Assembly: GCA_965218695.1 (NCBI GenBank)
Contig: OZ244651.1
Location: 2,336,001 to 2,400,000, forward strand
Origin: Nitrosopumilus sp.
GTDB taxonomy: Archaea; Thermoproteota; Nitrososphaeria; Nitrososphaerales; Nitrosopumilaceae
Direction of reading: 5' to 3'
Length of the DNA stretch: 64,000 bases
Shown here: piece after piece, positions 19,169 through 31,106 of the stretch
Numbering within the stretch: the stretch's first letter is position 1
How the letters are laid out: the number at the start of each line of letters is the position of its first letter
The notes under the pieces: model-generated
What the model was told of the DNA's origin: nothing
The model's database searches: none
The model's input: only the letters and a program-made list of their open reading frames with translations
Made by a program: the position numbers and the translations under genes

Positions 19169-20260
19169 TATAGTGTCAATCAAAAGTCTTCTACGTCAGT
19201 CTGAGCGTAACATTTTTTGATCACTCCGCACTACCGCCCACATGGATGAAAAAAGCAAAAAGCTGTTAATCCAGGCCTACAAGAAAGAGAAGAGGGGAAC
19301 CATAAAGGACAGGATCCACGCCGTCTGCATGGTCAAGATCAGGGGGCTGGGCGTATCCGAGGTGGCATCACTGTGCTTTTGCGACCCGCACACTGTCACA
19401 AGCTGGGTCCGGCATTTTGATAGCGAGGGTCTTGCAGGCCTGGAAGACAGGCCCCGCCCGGGCAGGCCGCCCAAGGTCGGGCTTGAGAAGATTGCGGGGC
19501 TTGCAGCAAGGACTGGCAGCATCACAACTCCAAAGCAGCTCAAAGAAAACATACGCAAAGAATTCAAGGTGACATACCACATTTCAAACGTCACAAAGAT
19601 AATGCACAGGCTTGGCCTGTCTGCCAAGACGGTCCAGCGCATCCACGTCAACAGGCCAGAGATCAAAAAGATCAGGCAGTGGCAGCGCAACGCCAAAAGG
19701 CGGATTTCACGCCTGCAAGAGAAGGGTTTTCTCCCAGTCGTCTTTGACGAGGCCATATTTGTAGACGATCCGGCATCGGGCGTAAAGTATTGGTCGCCAG
19801 AAGGCGAGCCGATTGTCACGACATACAAGGGACGGCACGGAAAGGTGGTGGCATACGGTTCCATTGTAACAGACGGCAGGCAGTTCTTCAGGACGCATGA
19901 AAAATTTGACAAGGAGACGGTCCTGCAGTATCTCAAGGATCTGGTCAGGCATTTTGGAAAGGTGGTCGTAATCATGGATAATGCGCCACAACACAAGTCA
20001 AGGATCGTGATGAAATTTCTAAAGGAAAATCCCGACATCAAGGTCATGTGGCTTCCAGCTGCAACGCCCGAGCTTAGCGGCGTGGAGGAGTACTGGCACC
20101 AGGCAAAACGTAACGTGCTGGTGTCCGAGTACTATGCCACGATAGTGCAGATGCGCAACGCGATGTCGGAGTATTTCAGGACCGCGCGTCCAAGGATTGA
20201 CGTAATGGAGTTTATCTGTAGAAAGTCCCTAAATGTAAAAAACTTTTGATCGACACTATA
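19169..20260 (+). mobile_element. IS630-family element 2
   Basis: TIRs TATAGTGTCAATCAAAAGT and (revcomp) TATAGTGTCGATCAAAAGT; TA duplication. Confidence 0.92.
19242..20249 (+). CDS. IS630 transposase
   Basis: DRPRPGRPPK, FDEAIF, MDNAPQH and PELSGVEEYW. Confidence 0.93.
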   Translation: MDEKSKKLLIQAYKKEKRGTIKDRIHAVCMVKIRGLGVSEVASLCFCDPHTVTSWVRHFDSEGLAGLEDRPRPGRPPKVGLEKIAGLAARTGSITTPKQLKENIRKEFKVTYHISNVTKIMHRLGLSAKTVQRIHVNRPEIKKIRQWQRNAKRRISRLQEKGFLPVVFDEAIFVDDPASGVKYWSPEGEPIVTTYKGRHGKVVAYGSIVTDGRQFFRTHEKFDKETVLQYLKDLVRHFGKVVVIMDNAPQHKSRIVMKFLKENPDIKVMWLPAATPELSGVEEYWHQAKRNVLVSEYYATIVQMRNAMSEYFRTARPRIDVMEFICRKSLNVKNF

Positions 20261-20407
20261 CAAGAGAAAACCGGATGAGCCTGCGCGCCATATCCGAGGC
20301 GATGGTAGATCTGTATTCCACCGTACGCGGCTGGCTGGTGCGGATCACCAGGCGCGGGCTGGCAGGGTGACATAATATCTATATTGGATATATAGATTTA
20401 TTCCTGT

Positions 20408-21149
20408 ATGCGTTGGTGGGAGACATTCGGCAATAAACGATACGGTTCGACTGTCATCACAGACACAAGTATAATTCTTGCTGGCGTGGTATCTTTTATC
20501 GTTACATTGGTGATCGTTTGGGACATTGGTGGGAACGAGTTGCTTACGATTAATGTTGTGATTTCTTTATTCCTAGGTTTTCTGGCATTTTTTACTACAT
20601 TGTTTTTTATCAATCGGGGACGTGTACTGGAGATAAAAGAAACGTATTATCAGATGCCAGGATTTGGGCATGCATTTAGACTGATGGCTATTTTACTAAG
20701 AAATGTCAAAGAAAATTTGGATAATGCCTCAAAGAAAAAATCGTATGTGTTCACGTCGTGCCTAGAAAAACAGGGAATGTTACCAAAGCACACCAAATTC
20801 GTGTCTGAATTAAGCAATTTTCTCAAACCACGTGAACACTTACAAAAAATCTAACACAATCGAAGAAACTGACAAACGGGTGAGGGAAAATCATGCATCA
20901 ACGTACCGTTACTTGCGGAATCAACTTGATCCGGTTCTGATCAAGTTGAGTATAAAGGGTAAAATTTCGTTTGGTAGGCATACATGGCGGAATTTGGATT
21001 TTTTATTCCATCTTTATGAGAAGGAGGGCGCTAATGAACTACAAACACGAGTGTGTCTTAATACGGGTGTACGTGATTTAATGAAAATACATGGCTCAGA
21101 GTGGTACACCATAGAAGCCATGCGTAATCCCTCCATTTCGTTGGGTTAA
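20408..21149 (+). pseudogene. AT-rich membrane protein gene, apparently frameshifted and 3'-interrupted by ISs
   Basis: Two overlapping ORFs (20408-20854 with 2 TM helices; 20832-21149) meet at an A6 run. The last 12 codons of the second ORF come from the IS end at 21113. Confidence 0.5.
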
Positions 21150-22596
21150 ACCAGAAAAACCAGAAAATATTAAAAATTCTAATTTAATTATCGCCATGTT
21201 AGCCATGTGGGGATCCTGTCCTGCCAGAAATACAAAATAACGTGCGCAGCCTTGCAGCACCGCGATGTGCACGGAATTAATTGTTTGAAACGGCGCTGCC
21301 GGGGACGTTTGCCTGTTCCCAGTTTATTACCGGCCCCAGATTGCCGCCTGAAGGGGGTCCCTTCTCCAGGTAGTTCCACACGAGGTCCAGGTTTACAAGC
21401 CCTGTTATTATGTTAAATTCCCTGTTAAAGTCGCCAATCTTTCCCTTGTATGGCGCGGTAAGCCGGCCGTACCGCTTCAGCCTGCCAATGGAGTGCTCTA
21501 CCTTTACCCGGGCGGAATTGATTTTGTGGTTGTGTTCTTCTTCCTCCTTTGTAAAGCGCTTGTGGTTCTTGGTCTTCTTGTGCGGCTGCAGGGTGTTTGT
21601 ACCGGGCATATCCTTTGCGATTCCCTTGTAACCGCGGTCAGTAAGGGTGTGGACCCTGTCCTCTTCGGGGGTGTTCTCGTCGCACATGCGGTCCCACCAC
21701 TTTCCAAATGGCAGCGGGCTCTCCCTGAGAAGCGTGATGTCGTGGACGGATCCCACGGTGCTGTCGGATATGGCGACTATCACCCCGTTTTCGTTTATGC
21801 ACACGGTGGTATTGAGGGTGAACTTTTTCTTCTTGCCAGAATACATCATGCTTCTCATCTGTTTTTCGTCCGGCCTCTGTATGGGGCAGTGCGTGCCGTC
21901 GATCATCATGATGCCCCCGTCAGGTCCGGAAATTATTTTTTTGAGATCCTCTTTTGTCTCCGTGTCTGCCATCTCCTTTGAGATGTTGGCAGCAGTGGGC
22001 AGCGCCACGTCAAGCACCTCGTCTAGTACATCGATATACCGGGACACGGTTGCCTGGTCTATTCCAAAGAATGCCGCAAGCACGCCCTGCGTGGGGTTGC
22101 CCTTTTTGTACATCAGTGACATGAGCAGCGCGTGCCTTGGGTACAGCTTGCAGCGGTTCCCGGGATCCGATGCCCTCGTCTCGTCATTCCTGAAGAGTGG
22201 GGATTTGCCGCTTTGCCTTATCCACGCCTCGGCCCTGTCAAGTATGTACTGGAACTGTTCCCTGCACTTCAGCGTCGCGTCATGAAGCTTCTTCCCGACT
22301 CTGATGATGTCGTCAAGCACCTCCACGCGGTGCAACAGGGCGGGCTCTCCTGCGGCTCCGGATTCGGAACCGTCCCGTGTGCGCCACAGGCTTTGCTCGT
22401 GCCTGGCAGCTGCGTCCTGGCGCTTGATTATGTCTCTGAGAGCCTTATTCTCTTTTTGCAGGTCGCTTGTTTTCTGATTCGACAACAGTATGAACCGGCA
22501 TATTTTGGTTTTAATTGGATGGATCATAAATTTTTGACAGCAGGGCTAACATGTCAACGCGGAGTTTGAAAAAATTCTGGATTACGCATATTTTCT
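21113..22596 (-). mobile_element. IS5-type (DDE_Tnp_4/ISL2-like) element, copy 1
   Basis: TIRs AGAAGCCATGCGTAATCC and (revcomp) AGAAAATATGCGTAATCC; flanks CAT/TAT; near-identical second copy starts at 50594. Confidence 0.88.
21277..22527 (-). CDS. IS5-type transposase (HTH + DDE_Tnp_4)
   Basis: FGIDQATVSRY, IDGTHCPIQRP, YSGKKK, GSVHD, DRGYKG and RVKVEHSIGRLK. Confidence 0.93.
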   Translation of the reverse strand: MIHPIKTKICRFILLSNQKTSDLQKENKALRDIIKRQDAAARHEQSLWRTRDGSESGAAGEPALLHRVEVLDDIIRVGKKLHDATLKCREQFQYILDRAEAWIRQSGKSPLFRNDETRASDPGNRCKLYPRHALLMSLMYKKGNPTQGVLAAFFGIDQATVSRYIDVLDEVLDVALPTAANISKEMADTETKEDLKKIISGPDGGIMMIDGTHCPIQRPDEKQMRSMMYSGKKKKFTLNTTVCINENGVIVAISDSTVGSVHDITLLRESPLPFGKWWDRMCDENTPEEDRVHTLTDRGYKGIAKDMPGTNTLQPHKKTKNHKRFTKEEEEHNHKINSARVKVEHSIGRLKRYGRLTAPYKGKIGDFNREFNIITGLVNLDLVWNYLEKGPPSGGNLGPVINWEQANVPGSAVSNN

Positions 22597-22617
22597 TATG
22601 CATTACGAACAATATGT

Positions 22618-24299
22618 AGATCTCATGCAGAATGTGCCTGATTTAAAAAACTGAATTAAATTGAGTTATTCCCACGTGCGGCACCACATGCGGCCGAATA
22701 TCCACAGAATCGTAAAGCATGCCAATCCAAGAAGGATAACCGAAACGTTAAGATCGGTGATTTTTACGCCACACCGTGATGGCAATGCTAGTCGATCCAA
22801 CGGTGCAGAGATTACAGCAGGAAAACGAGGCGCTCAGGGAGTCGGATGAATTCCGCCGGCAGAGGATCAGGGCCCTCAGGGAGGCGCGCAGGACAGACCG
22901 GCAGAGGAGCGAGGCCCTCGAGGAATGCCTGACTGATCACTGGACCGTCACGTCTAGGTATCTTGACGACATCATAAAATATCCTGAATTCCTGCACGCC
23001 ATGACGCTGCGCACCCCGGAAAGGTTTGACCACGCGCTGCACCGCCTCGAGGATCTTTTGGAGCGGAACGGGGAGACTGCGCTCTTTTCTGAAATCAAGA
23101 GCAGATCGAAAAACTCCGGGAGCAGGCGCATCCTGCCCCTGAGGCACGCGTACCTGCTGTGGCTGTTTCGGGCAAGGCTGAGCATACCGCAGGAAGCCCT
23201 TGCCGCGATGTTTGGCGTCGACCAGGCCACAGTCTCCAGGTACCTTCCGCTGATGACCAGGCTGCTAGGCGAGACAGGCACGGCGCCGCGCAAAATCAGC
23301 GAGGCTGCACAAAAGGCCAGGACGCTTGAGGAGAGCAAGAAGATAATACCCGGCAGGAGGGGAGGAGAACTGATGGTGGACGGCACGCACAACCGGGTCA
23401 GAAGGTCCGCGGACAAGGAGAGGCGCAAAAAGACGTACTCTGGCAAGAAGAAGGCACACACGTACAACACCAACATCGTGATCAACAAGCGCCGCGTGAT
23501 AGTGGCGATAAGCAAGACCGTTCCGGGCAGCGTCCACGACAAGACCCTGCTCAACGAGGATCCGCCAAACCTTGGAATCATTACGGCAAGGATGGGCCAG
23601 AAGGACGTGCCCGAAGAGGAAAAGCCTGACGTCCTGATGGACAAGGGCTACCAAGGGGCAAGAGAGGAATATCCCGGATGGCACATCAGGCACCCGCACA
23701 AGAAAAAGCGTGGAGCCGACAAAAAGACCGGCGGCCTGACAAAGAAGCAACGCGCCTACAACAAGAGGGTAAACAGCTCCCGTGTGGCCATAGAGCACGT
23801 TATCGGAAGCCTGAAACAGTACAAGAGGCTGACTGACCCGTACGACGGCACCGAGGAGGAGTACAACGACGAGCTCAACGCGATTGCGGGAATGGTAAAC
23901 CAGGATCTGATGTGGGACGAAATAAAACTCAGGGACGCGGACCTTCTCAAAAGGCTGGCCGAGAAAAGGGCGCGCCTCTGAGGCAGGGCGGCACGAGCCG
24001 CCTGACGGAGTGAAAGACAGGTGGCATCAGGCAGTGCAGGAATGTCGCGCACGGCATCCAATATTTGTGCAAATTCCCCCACCATTCCCCATGAAACAAC
24101 CTGCCGCCCCGGGGACGGATGCCGCACATCCACAGGACGTGCCTTATTTTCCAATACTGGAAACTGGATTTTTCACATGGACGTGCAAGACAAATTTGTA
24201 AAATATACGGCAGACGAGATTTTCAAATATGGCCACGCCTAGCGCAGTTCTGACATGATTTTATGATTTGCCACGTCAGGCACATTCTGCATAGGATCT
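22618..24299 (+). mobile_element. IS5-type (DDE_Tnp_4) element
   Basis: 24-bp TIRs AGATCTCATGCAGAATGTGCCTGA and (revcomp) AGATCCTATGCAGAATGTGCCTGA; TGT target duplication. Confidence 0.92.
22776..23981 (+). CDS. IS5-type transposase
   Basis: FGVDQATVSRY, VDGTH, YSGKKKAH, GSVHD, DKGYQG and RVAIEHVIGSLK. Confidence 0.92.
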   Translation: MMAMLVDPTVQRLQQENEALRESDEFRRQRIRALREARRTDRQRSEALEECLTDHWTVTSRYLDDIIKYPEFLHAMTLRTPERFDHALHRLEDLLERNGETALFSEIKSRSKNSGSRRILPLRHAYLLWLFRARLSIPQEALAAMFGVDQATVSRYLPLMTRLLGETGTAPRKISEAAQKARTLEESKKIIPGRRGGELMVDGTHNRVRRSADKERRKKTYSGKKKAHTYNTNIVINKRRVIVAISKTVPGSVHDKTLLNEDPPNLGIITARMGQKDVPEEEKPDVLMDKGYQGAREEYPGWHIRHPHKKKRGADKKTGGLTKKQRAYNKRVNSSRVAIEHVIGSLKQYKRLTDPYDGTEEEYNDELNAIAGMVNQDLMWDEIKLRDADLLKRLAEKRARL

Positions 24300-24407
24300 T
24301 GTGTATTAAAATCCGATTCTATACAATGAATTTTAAAATCAGGTACATGTCCTGTGGCCGGCTGGCAAGCCTGTTTTAAATTCAGGATGTGTGTAATTTT
24401 CAAAGAT

Positions 24408-24596
24408 TCATAATTCAGGGCTCTGATTATGCAGATACAGCACTTCAAAGACCATGTCGTAAAACGAGATGTGCTTTTGTCGTGCCTGTTCGTCAAGCCA
24501 CCGTATTTCTTTGAGCAGTTCCGGATCATCCCCGGAGAATTCCACCAGTCCGTCGACCAGATTTGTAAAGGCGGTGCATGACTCTGCCATGAGCAT
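24408..24596 (-). CDS. Small hypothetical protein
   Basis: DPELLKEIRWLDEQARQKHISFYDMVFEVLY; start uncertain. Confidence 0.6.
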   Translation of the reverse strand: MLMAESCTAFTNLVDGLVEFSGDDPELLKEIRWLDEQARQKHISFYDMVFEVLYLHNQSPEL

Positions 24597-24679
24597 TCTT
24601 TCTAATACATGATCATAAACGTTGCATTCAAAAGATATAGACAATATGGATTAATTATTCCACCATCACGGGTGTTTTT

Positions 24680-26266
24680 TTATTTAATTTGGTTTTTTCT
24701 GATGGCCCTGTTGTAGGCAACCCCGAACCTGTGGGTCTCGTCACGCGCATGCTGCAGTATCTTCAGCGAGGGCTTCTCCCGGGGTATTACTACGGGGTCG
24801 GGCCGCCTTGGAACATAGACCTCCTCGTTTTCCTTTGCAAGCGATATGCACGGCAGCTTGAGTCCCAGAGACGTCAGCGATTTTAAGGCCGCGTTAAGCT
24901 GGCCCCTGCCGCCGTCAATCACCACGAGATCCGGCAGATCAGAGTCCTCCTTGAGCAGCCGGTAGTATCTTCTCTTGACTACTTCTGCAATCATCGCAAA
25001 GTCGTCCCTGCCTGAGACTGTCCTGATTCGAAACTTCCTGTACCCGGACTTGTTTGGCTTGCCGCCTACAAAGCTTGACATGGAGCCCACCGCAAAGTCC
25101 GTGCCGTGGTTTGATATGTCAAAGCATTCAATCACTTGGGGTATGGTGGGAAGACCAAGAATCTCCTTTAGATCTGCAAGCCCCGGCTCGCCGCTTTTTG
25201 ACTGGATGAGCCGGATGTTCCTCAGAATCAGGTCTATTATCTCCCTACGCTTTCCTTTTGCCGGAACCAGTATCTGTACCCGGAACCCTGCCTGTCCAGA
25301 CAGCAGGGACTCCATCAGGTCGCGGTTCTGCAGGGGTTCGCTGAGCAGTACGAACCGGGGTATCTTGTGAGTGGAGTAGTACTGGTAAAGAAAGTTTGAA
25401 AGGGAGTTGTCGCCCACCATGTCAAAGAAGAACTTGTCGCTGTCCCGGATGACGCCGTTGATCATCCTAAAGTTCATGACGGTGGCAGCATCGTCCTCGA
25501 TTCCCATGCCAAAGTACTCCTCGTCTGAGTTCTTGACGTACTCCATCTTCTGCCCTGTCTGCAGGCTTCCAAGCCTGATCAGGGTGTCGCGTATCTCCTT
25601 TGCGCGCTCAAAGTGCTCCTGCTCTGCGGCCTGGAGCATCTCAGTCTGCATCCTCTCCATGAATATTCTGGTCTGATCCTTTCCCTTGAGGACCTCCTCG
25701 AGTGCGGCCACGTGCCCCAGATACCTCTCCTGGGCGCCTTCAAACTCGCACGGCCCCTCGCAGTTTCCCAGATGGTACTCCAGGCACACCTTCTTGGGAA
25801 GCGTCTTGCAGATTCGGATCTGGAACGCCTTGCGCAGCGCGCCGATGGTCAGCAGCTTGGAGCTACCCTGCGTAAACGGGCCAAACGTCTTGCCCTTGCC
25901 CAGGAAATTTCCATCCCGGGTGCGCCTTGCGACCAGCAGCCGGGGGTATTTTTCATCAGATACCCGAAGGTACGTGTACCTCTGCTGGTCCTTTAGCTCT
26001 ATGTTGAAGCGCGGGCGGTGCCGCTTTATCATGTTGGATTCGAGCAGGAACGCCTCGCTTTCATTGTCAGTCAGGACAAACTCGATTGCAGATATGTTTT
26101 GGACCAGCTTTTGCGTCTTGTAGTTCTGGTTCTTAACAAAGTAGGATTTCACGCGGTTTCGGAGGTTCTTTGCCTTGCCGATGTAGATTATCGTCCCGTC
26201 TGAATCCTTCATCAGGTAGATTCCCGGATCCGCGGGTACTGCAACGCCAGATATGTCAAAGGGCAT
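24680..26266 (-). CDS. uvrC: Excinuclease ABC subunit C
   Basis: GIY-YIG (PGIYLM, IYIGKAKNLR), IECFDISN, DGGRGQL and RDETHRFG. Confidence 0.97.
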   Translation of the reverse strand: MPFDISGVAVPADPGIYLMKDSDGTIIYIGKAKNLRNRVKSYFVKNQNYKTQKLVQNISAIEFVLTDNESEAFLLESNMIKRHRPRFNIELKDQQRYTYLRVSDEKYPRLLVARRTRDGNFLGKGKTFGPFTQGSSKLLTIGALRKAFQIRICKTLPKKVCLEYHLGNCEGPCEFEGAQERYLGHVAALEEVLKGKDQTRIFMERMQTEMLQAAEQEHFERAKEIRDTLIRLGSLQTGQKMEYVKNSDEEYFGMGIEDDAATVMNFRMINGVIRDSDKFFFDMVGDNSLSNFLYQYYSTHKIPRFVLLSEPLQNRDLMESLLSGQAGFRVQILVPAKGKRREIIDLILRNIRLIQSKSGEPGLADLKEILGLPTIPQVIECFDISNHGTDFAVGSMSSFVGGKPNKSGYRKFRIRTVSGRDDFAMIAEVVKRRYYRLLKEDSDLPDLVVIDGGRGQLNAALKSLTSLGLKLPCISLAKENEEVYVPRRPDPVVIPREKPSLKILQHARDETHRFGVAYNRAIRKNQIK

Positions 26267-29099
26267 TTTTTAGCATCTTCTTGAGGTACTGGCCGGTGTA
26301 GCTTCCAGGGGCCCGTGCGACGTCGTCTGGCGTCCCGGTGCAGACTACCTGCCCTCCCTCGTCGCCGCCTTCGGGTCCCAGATCGATTATCCAGTCGGAG
26401 TTTCGAATAACGTCCATGTTGTGCTCTATCACCACTGCCGTATTGCCCATATTTACCAGCCTGTTGAGCACGTCGAGCAGGTTTTGGACGTCTGCAAAGT
26501 GCAGTCCGGTCGTGGGCTCGTCGAGTATGTACAGGGTCCTGCCGGTGTTGGTCTTGGATAGTTCCGATGCCAGCTTTACCCTCTGAGCCTCGCCGCCGGA
26601 CAGGGTAGTCGAGGACTGGCCCAGCTTGATGTATCCCAGGCCGACGTCGTATATGGTCTGGAGCTTCTTCCTGATTGGAGGCACGTTTTCAAAGAACTGC
26701 AGCGCCTCGTATACGGTCATGTCCAGCACGTCTGATATGTTCTTGCCCTTGTACAGCACCGACAGCGTCTCGGAGCTGTACCGCTTTCCCATGCACTCGT
26801 TGCACCGCACAAAGACGTCGGAGAGGAACTGCATCTCGATCTGCTTTACGCCGTTTCCGCTGCAGGCAAAGCACCGTCCGGCATGCACGTTAAACGAAAA
26901 CTGGCCAGGCGCGTATCCGCGCCGCCTTGAGAGTTCGGTGCGCGCGTAGAGATCCCTTATCGGGGTAAACGCGCCGATGTATGTCACCGGGTTTGAGCGC
27001 GGCGTTCGGCCGATTGGGGACTGGTCAATTGCAATCACCTTGTCGATGTTGTACAGGCCTGTTATCTCGTCATGCTTGCCCGGCCGGGGGTTTGACTTGT
27101 AGAAATGCTTCATCAGGGACTTTAGCAGGATGCCGTTTACCAGGCTGGACTTTCCGGAGCCTGAGACGCCCGTAACTGAGACAAACAGCCCCAGCGGAAT
27201 CTCGACGTCCACTCCCTTGAGGTTGTTCTCGGATGCGTTCTTGATTACCAGTGAGCCTGACCGGTTGCGAATTCTGTCATTTAGGGTTATGGAGGATCTG
27301 CCGTCAAGATACCTGCCGGTCACAGACGTGTCGTTGTCAAGTATCTGCTCGAGCTTGCCCTCAAACACGACGCTTCCCCCGTGCACCCCGGCTCCAGGCC
27401 CCAGATCCACTATCCAGTCCGAGCTTCGTATGACCTCCTCGTCGTGTTCCACTATGATTACCGTGTTTCCCAGGTTTCGCAGCTTGCTGAGCGTCTTTAT
27501 CAGGCGCCGGTTGTCGCGCTGGTGCAGCCCGATGGTCGGCTCGTCAAGCACGTACAGCACGCCGGTAAGATTTGAGCCGATCTGCGTTGCCAGTCGTATC
27601 CGCTGGGACTCGCCGCCAGAGAGCGTGGCACTTGACCGGTTTAGCGTAAGGTAGTTAAGCCCCACGTTGAGCAGAAACTCGAGGCGCTCGCGTATCTCCT
27701 TGAGGATGTCGCGCGCAATGTACGCCTCGGTGTCGGTAAGTTTTATGGTGCCGAAAAAGTCAAGACACTGATCGATTGACAGGTCGCAGACGTCCATGAT
27801 TCCCTTGCCGTTGATCCTGACGTTGAGGGACTCGGGGTTGAGCTTGCGCCCGTGGCAGGAATCGCACAGCGTCTCCATCATGAACTGTTTGAGCCAGAGG
27901 CGCTTTGCCTCAGAGTCGGTTCCTGCAAAACTCCTCTTGAGGTGGGAGAGCACGCCGTCAGACATGCTGGGGTACCACCCGCCGGTTTCGCTGCCGTCCC
28001 CGTAACCCCCATCGTCCCCATGGCCGTTCCCATTCCCTAGCCGGTTATTCGAGCCGTAAAGGATTATCCCAAGGCTTTCAGAGTCCAGCTGTCCTATCGG
28101 GGCCCTAATTGAGATGCCGTGCCTGCTAGCCAGGTGCCCCACTGCGTTCATGTAGTGCGACGAGTATCTCGTGTTCCACGGGGCAATCGCCCCCGTGGCA
28201 AGGGAGAGTGTCTTGTCCGGGATCACCAGGTCAGGATCAAACTCCATCTTCACTCCCAGCCCGCTGCAGGTCTTGCACATGCCAAACGGCGAGTTGAACG
28301 AAAAGTTTCTCGGCTCCAATTCCCCAATGGTCACGCCGCAATGGGGACAGGCGTTTCGTTGTGAAAATATCGCCTCGGAGCCGCCTGAGGTAATGATGAC
28401 GTCGCCCTTGGATGCGTTTATCGCAGTCTGGACTGCCTCAAACAGTCTGGAGCGCTCGGGGCGCGTCACTTTGATCCTGTCCACCACGATCTCAATACTG
28501 TGCCACTTTTGCCGCTCCAGCGAGACTTGCTCGTCAAGCCCGAGCACCTCCCCATCCACCCGCATGCGCGAGTAGCCGTCGCGTTTGATCTGCTCGAAGA
28601 GTTTTTCGTGCGTTCCCTTCTTTCTCTGGATTAGCGGCGCAAGGACGAGGATCTTCTTATTTGCAAAGCCCCGCAAAATGGAGTCGCATATGGTCTCGAC
28701 TGACTGGCTGGATATCTGCCGATCACAGTTTGTGCAGTGTGGGATGCCGATTCGTGCAAAGAGCAGCCTCATGTAGTCGTAAATCTCAGTGGTGGTACCC
28801 ACAGTAGAGCGCGGGTTCTTGCTGGTGGTCTTTTGCTGGATGGATATTGCAGGCGAGAGGCCCTCGATGGAATCGACGTCAGGCTTGTCCATCATCTCCA
28901 GGAACTGCCTGGCGTAGGCAGAAAGGGACTCGACGTAGCGCCTCTGCCCCTCGGCATATATGGTGTCAAATGCAAGCGTCGACTTGCCGGAGCCGGAAAG
29001 CCCGCTGATCACGACCAGGTTGTTTTTGGGAATCTCGACGTCCAGGTTTTTCAGGTTGTGGTGTCTTGCCCCGCGAACCTTCAGCTTATTTTCTGTCAT
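26256..29099 (-). CDS. uvrA: Excinuclease ABC subunit A
   Basis: Two ABC cassettes ([21 protein letters not shown]) and Zn fingers; start probably ATG 29099. Confidence 0.97.
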   Translation of the reverse strand: MTENKLKVRGARHHNLKNLDVEIPKNNLVVISGLSGSGKSTLAFDTIYAEGQRRYVESLSAYARQFLEMMDKPDVDSIEGLSPAISIQQKTTSKNPRSTVGTTTEIYDYMRLLFARIGIPHCTNCDRQISSQSVETICDSILRGFANKKILVLAPLIQRKKGTHEKLFEQIKRDGYSRMRVDGEVLGLDEQVSLERQKWHSIEIVVDRIKVTRPERSRLFEAVQTAINASKGDVIITSGGSEAIFSQRNACPHCGVTIGELEPRNFSFNSPFGMCKTCSGLGVKMEFDPDLVIPDKTLSLATGAIAPWNTRYSSHYMNAVGHLASRHGISIRAPIGQLDSESLGIILYGSNNRLGNGNGHGDDGGYGDGSETGGWYPSMSDGVLSHLKRSFAGTDSEAKRLWLKQFMMETLCDSCHGRKLNPESLNVRINGKGIMDVCDLSIDQCLDFFGTIKLTDTEAYIARDILKEIRERLEFLLNVGLNYLTLNRSSATLSGGESQRIRLATQIGSNLTGVLYVLDEPTIGLHQRDNRRLIKTLSKLRNLGNTVIIVEHDEEVIRSSDWIVDLGPGAGVHGGSVVFEGKLEQILDNDTSVTGRYLDGRSSITLNDRIRNRSGSLVIKNASENNLKGVDVEIPLGLFVSVTGVSGSGKSSLVNGILLKSLMKHFYKSNPRPGKHDEITGLYNIDKVIAIDQSPIGRTPRSNPVTYIGAFTPIRDLYARTELSRRRGYAPGQFSFNVHAGRCFACSGNGVKQIEMQFLSDVFVRCNECMGKRYSSETLSVLYKGKNISDVLDMTVYEALQFFENVPPIRKKLQTIYDVGLGYIKLGQSSTTLSGGEAQRVKLASELSKTNTGRTLYILDEPTTGLHFADVQNLLDVLNRLVNMGNTAVVIEHNMDVIRNSDWIIDLGPEGGDEGGQVVCTGTPDDVARAPGSYTGQYLKKMLKNAL

Positions 29100-31041
29100 C
29101 TCGGTTTTGAAGTTCCTTTTCAAGTCTTTTTAGTCTATCCCGGCATTCGATGGCGTTTTCATAGTTCCGTTCATCAGCGTATGCCCGCATCTGCTCCTTG
29201 AGTAATTTGATGTCGGCTTCGATGTCGTGCGATGTCTTTAGCTTAAAGTCGTCAATGTCTACAACCTTTTCAGGTATCGGCTTTGTGATGGTTGCAGGTA
29301 TGATGCCGTGCTGCAGGTTGTACTGAACCTGCTTGTCCCGGCGCCTGTCAGTCTCGTCGATTGCCTTTTGCATCGACTGCGTGATGGTGTCGGCATACAT
29401 GATGACGGCACCGTTGAGGTTTCTTGCCGCGCGGCCAAACGTCTGAATCAGGCTAATAGAGCCCCGCAGGAATCCCTCCTTGTCAGCGTCAAGTATTGCA
29501 ACCAGAGATACCTCGGGTATGTCCAGCCCCTCCCGAAGGAGGTTGATTCCCACCAGTGCATCAAACTCTCCAAGGCGCAGTTGCCTTATGATCTCGGTCC
29601 TCTCCAGTCCCTTTATCTCCGAATGCAGGTATCTTACGCGGATGTCCCTCATTGAGAGGTGCTCTGCCAGATCCTCTGCCATCCTCTTGGTCAGAGTAGT
29701 GATGAGTACGCGTTCTGAGACGGCGGCCCTTTTCTTGATCTCTGATATGAGGTCGTCTATCTGGCCGTCCTTGGGCCTGACCTCCACGTGCGGGTCGACA
29801 AGGCCCGTCGGCCGCACCAGCTGCTCGACTATTTGTGATGACTTGCCCCTCTCGTACACTGATGGGGTGGCCGATACAAAGATGGTGTTTTTGATGTATG
29901 ATTCAAACTCTTCGAACTTTAGCGGGCGGTTGTCATACGCACTTGGAAGCCTGAACCCGTATGTGACAAGCTCCTTCTTTCTGGAATAGTCTCCCTTGTA
30001 CATCCCGTGGACCTGCGGCAACGTGGCGTGAGACTCGTCGATCACCAGAAGGTAGTCGTCTTCGAAAAAGTCCAGCAGGCAAAACGCCTTCTCCCCGGGC
30101 GCTCTGCCGTCAAAGTGCCGGGAGTAGTTTTCTATTCCAGAGCAGAACCCCAGCTCCTCTATCATCTCGAGATCATATTTGGTCCTCATCTCAAGCCGCT
30201 GCCGCTCCAGCTCGCGCAGCTCCGGCAGCCTACCCTCCAGCTCATCTCGAATCGTCTTGATTGCCCCGTCCCGGACGTGGTCGGGTATGATGTAGTGCCG
30301 CGCCGGAAAGATGGTCACGGACGGAATCCGCCTCTTTTCTGCAAGGGAGACATGGTCAAGGAGCGTGAGCCTCTCTATCTGGTCGCCAAACATCGACACC
30401 CGCACGATATCTGTATGGTATGCAGGGACAATATCGATGGTGTCGCCCTTTACCCGAAAGTTTCCAGGGGCAATCTCGGTGTCGTTGCGCTCGTATCCGG
30501 CGTCGATGAGCTTCTTGATCAGGTCGTCTCGGCGTATCTCTTCGTCGGATCCCGCCCGGACTGCCATACCGTCCCAGTCACGAGGGTTTCCAAGGGAGTA
30601 GATGCACGATACGGTGGATATGACGACTGTCGGCTCTCCTGAGCGCAGCATTGCCGTGGCCTCGAGACGCAGCCTTTCGATCTCGTCGTTGATCTGGGTG
30701 TCCTTTTCAATGTAGGTGTCAGTCTGCGGAAGGTAGCTTTCGGGCTGGTAGTAGTCATAGTATGATACAAAGTACCCCACGTTGTTCTTTGGGAAGAACT
30801 GCTTGAGTTCCGAGTACAGCTGCGCGGCAAGCGTCTTGTTGTGGGATATTATGAGGGTGTTTTTTCCTGTCCTAGCAATCACGTTGGCAATAGAAAACGT
30901 CTTGCCGCTGCCGGTCACGCCAAGCAGCGTCTGGACTGCTTTCTTTTTCACTCCCCGGACAAGCGAGTCTATGGCATCTGACTGATCGCCTGCGGGAGCA
31001 AACTTTGATACCAGTTCAAATCTGGTGGCGCGGCTCAACAC
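29086..31041 (-). CDS. uvrB: Excinuclease ABC subunit B
   Basis: [20 protein letters not shown] and [14 protein letters not shown]. Confidence 0.97.
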   Translation of the reverse strand: MLSRATRFELVSKFAPAGDQSDAIDSLVRGVKKKAVQTLLGVTGSGKTFSIANVIARTGKNTLIISHNKTLAAQLYSELKQFFPKNNVGYFVSYYDYYQPESYLPQTDTYIEKDTQINDEIERLRLEATAMLRSGEPTVVISTVSCIYSLGNPRDWDGMAVRAGSDEEIRRDDLIKKLIDAGYERNDTEIAPGNFRVKGDTIDIVPAYHTDIVRVSMFGDQIERLTLLDHVSLAEKRRIPSVTIFPARHYIIPDHVRDGAIKTIRDELEGRLPELRELERQRLEMRTKYDLEMIEELGFCSGIENYSRHFDGRAPGEKAFCLLDFFEDDYLLVIDESHATLPQVHGMYKGDYSRKKELVTYGFRLPSAYDNRPLKFEEFESYIKNTIFVSATPSVYERGKSSQIVEQLVRPTGLVDPHVEVRPKDGQIDDLISEIKKRAAVSERVLITTLTKRMAEDLAEHLSMRDIRVRYLHSEIKGLERTEIIRQLRLGEFDALVGINLLREGLDIPEVSLVAILDADKEGFLRGSISLIQTFGRAARNLNGAVIMYADTITQSMQKAIDETDRRRDKQVQYNLQHGIIPATITKPIPEKVVDIDDFKLKTSHDIEADIKLLKEQMRAYADERNYENAIECRDRLKRLEKELQNRDDRK

Positions 31042-31106
31042 AGATGTTACAGGGGATACAAAACTTATCTCTAACTATACCATGCCGCAGGCCGGCCAAT
31101 CCACCT

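Larger units (their letters stand above)
19052..20370 (+). pseudogene. Relic IS630-like transposase N-terminus split by IS630 element 2
   Basis: Joining 19052-19170 to 20261-20370 reads RLPKGDGFL..KARDMLSACYKRK, then (frameshift) MSLRAISEAM..YSTVRGWLVRITRRGLAG, a transposase HTH pattern. Confidence 0.6.

Noticed and set aside
17809-20047. Long antisense ORFs over the IS630 transposases (similar ones overlie uvr, pepF and IS66)
   Set aside because: They fully overlap well-supported genes and carry no motifs; expected from GC-rich codon usage.
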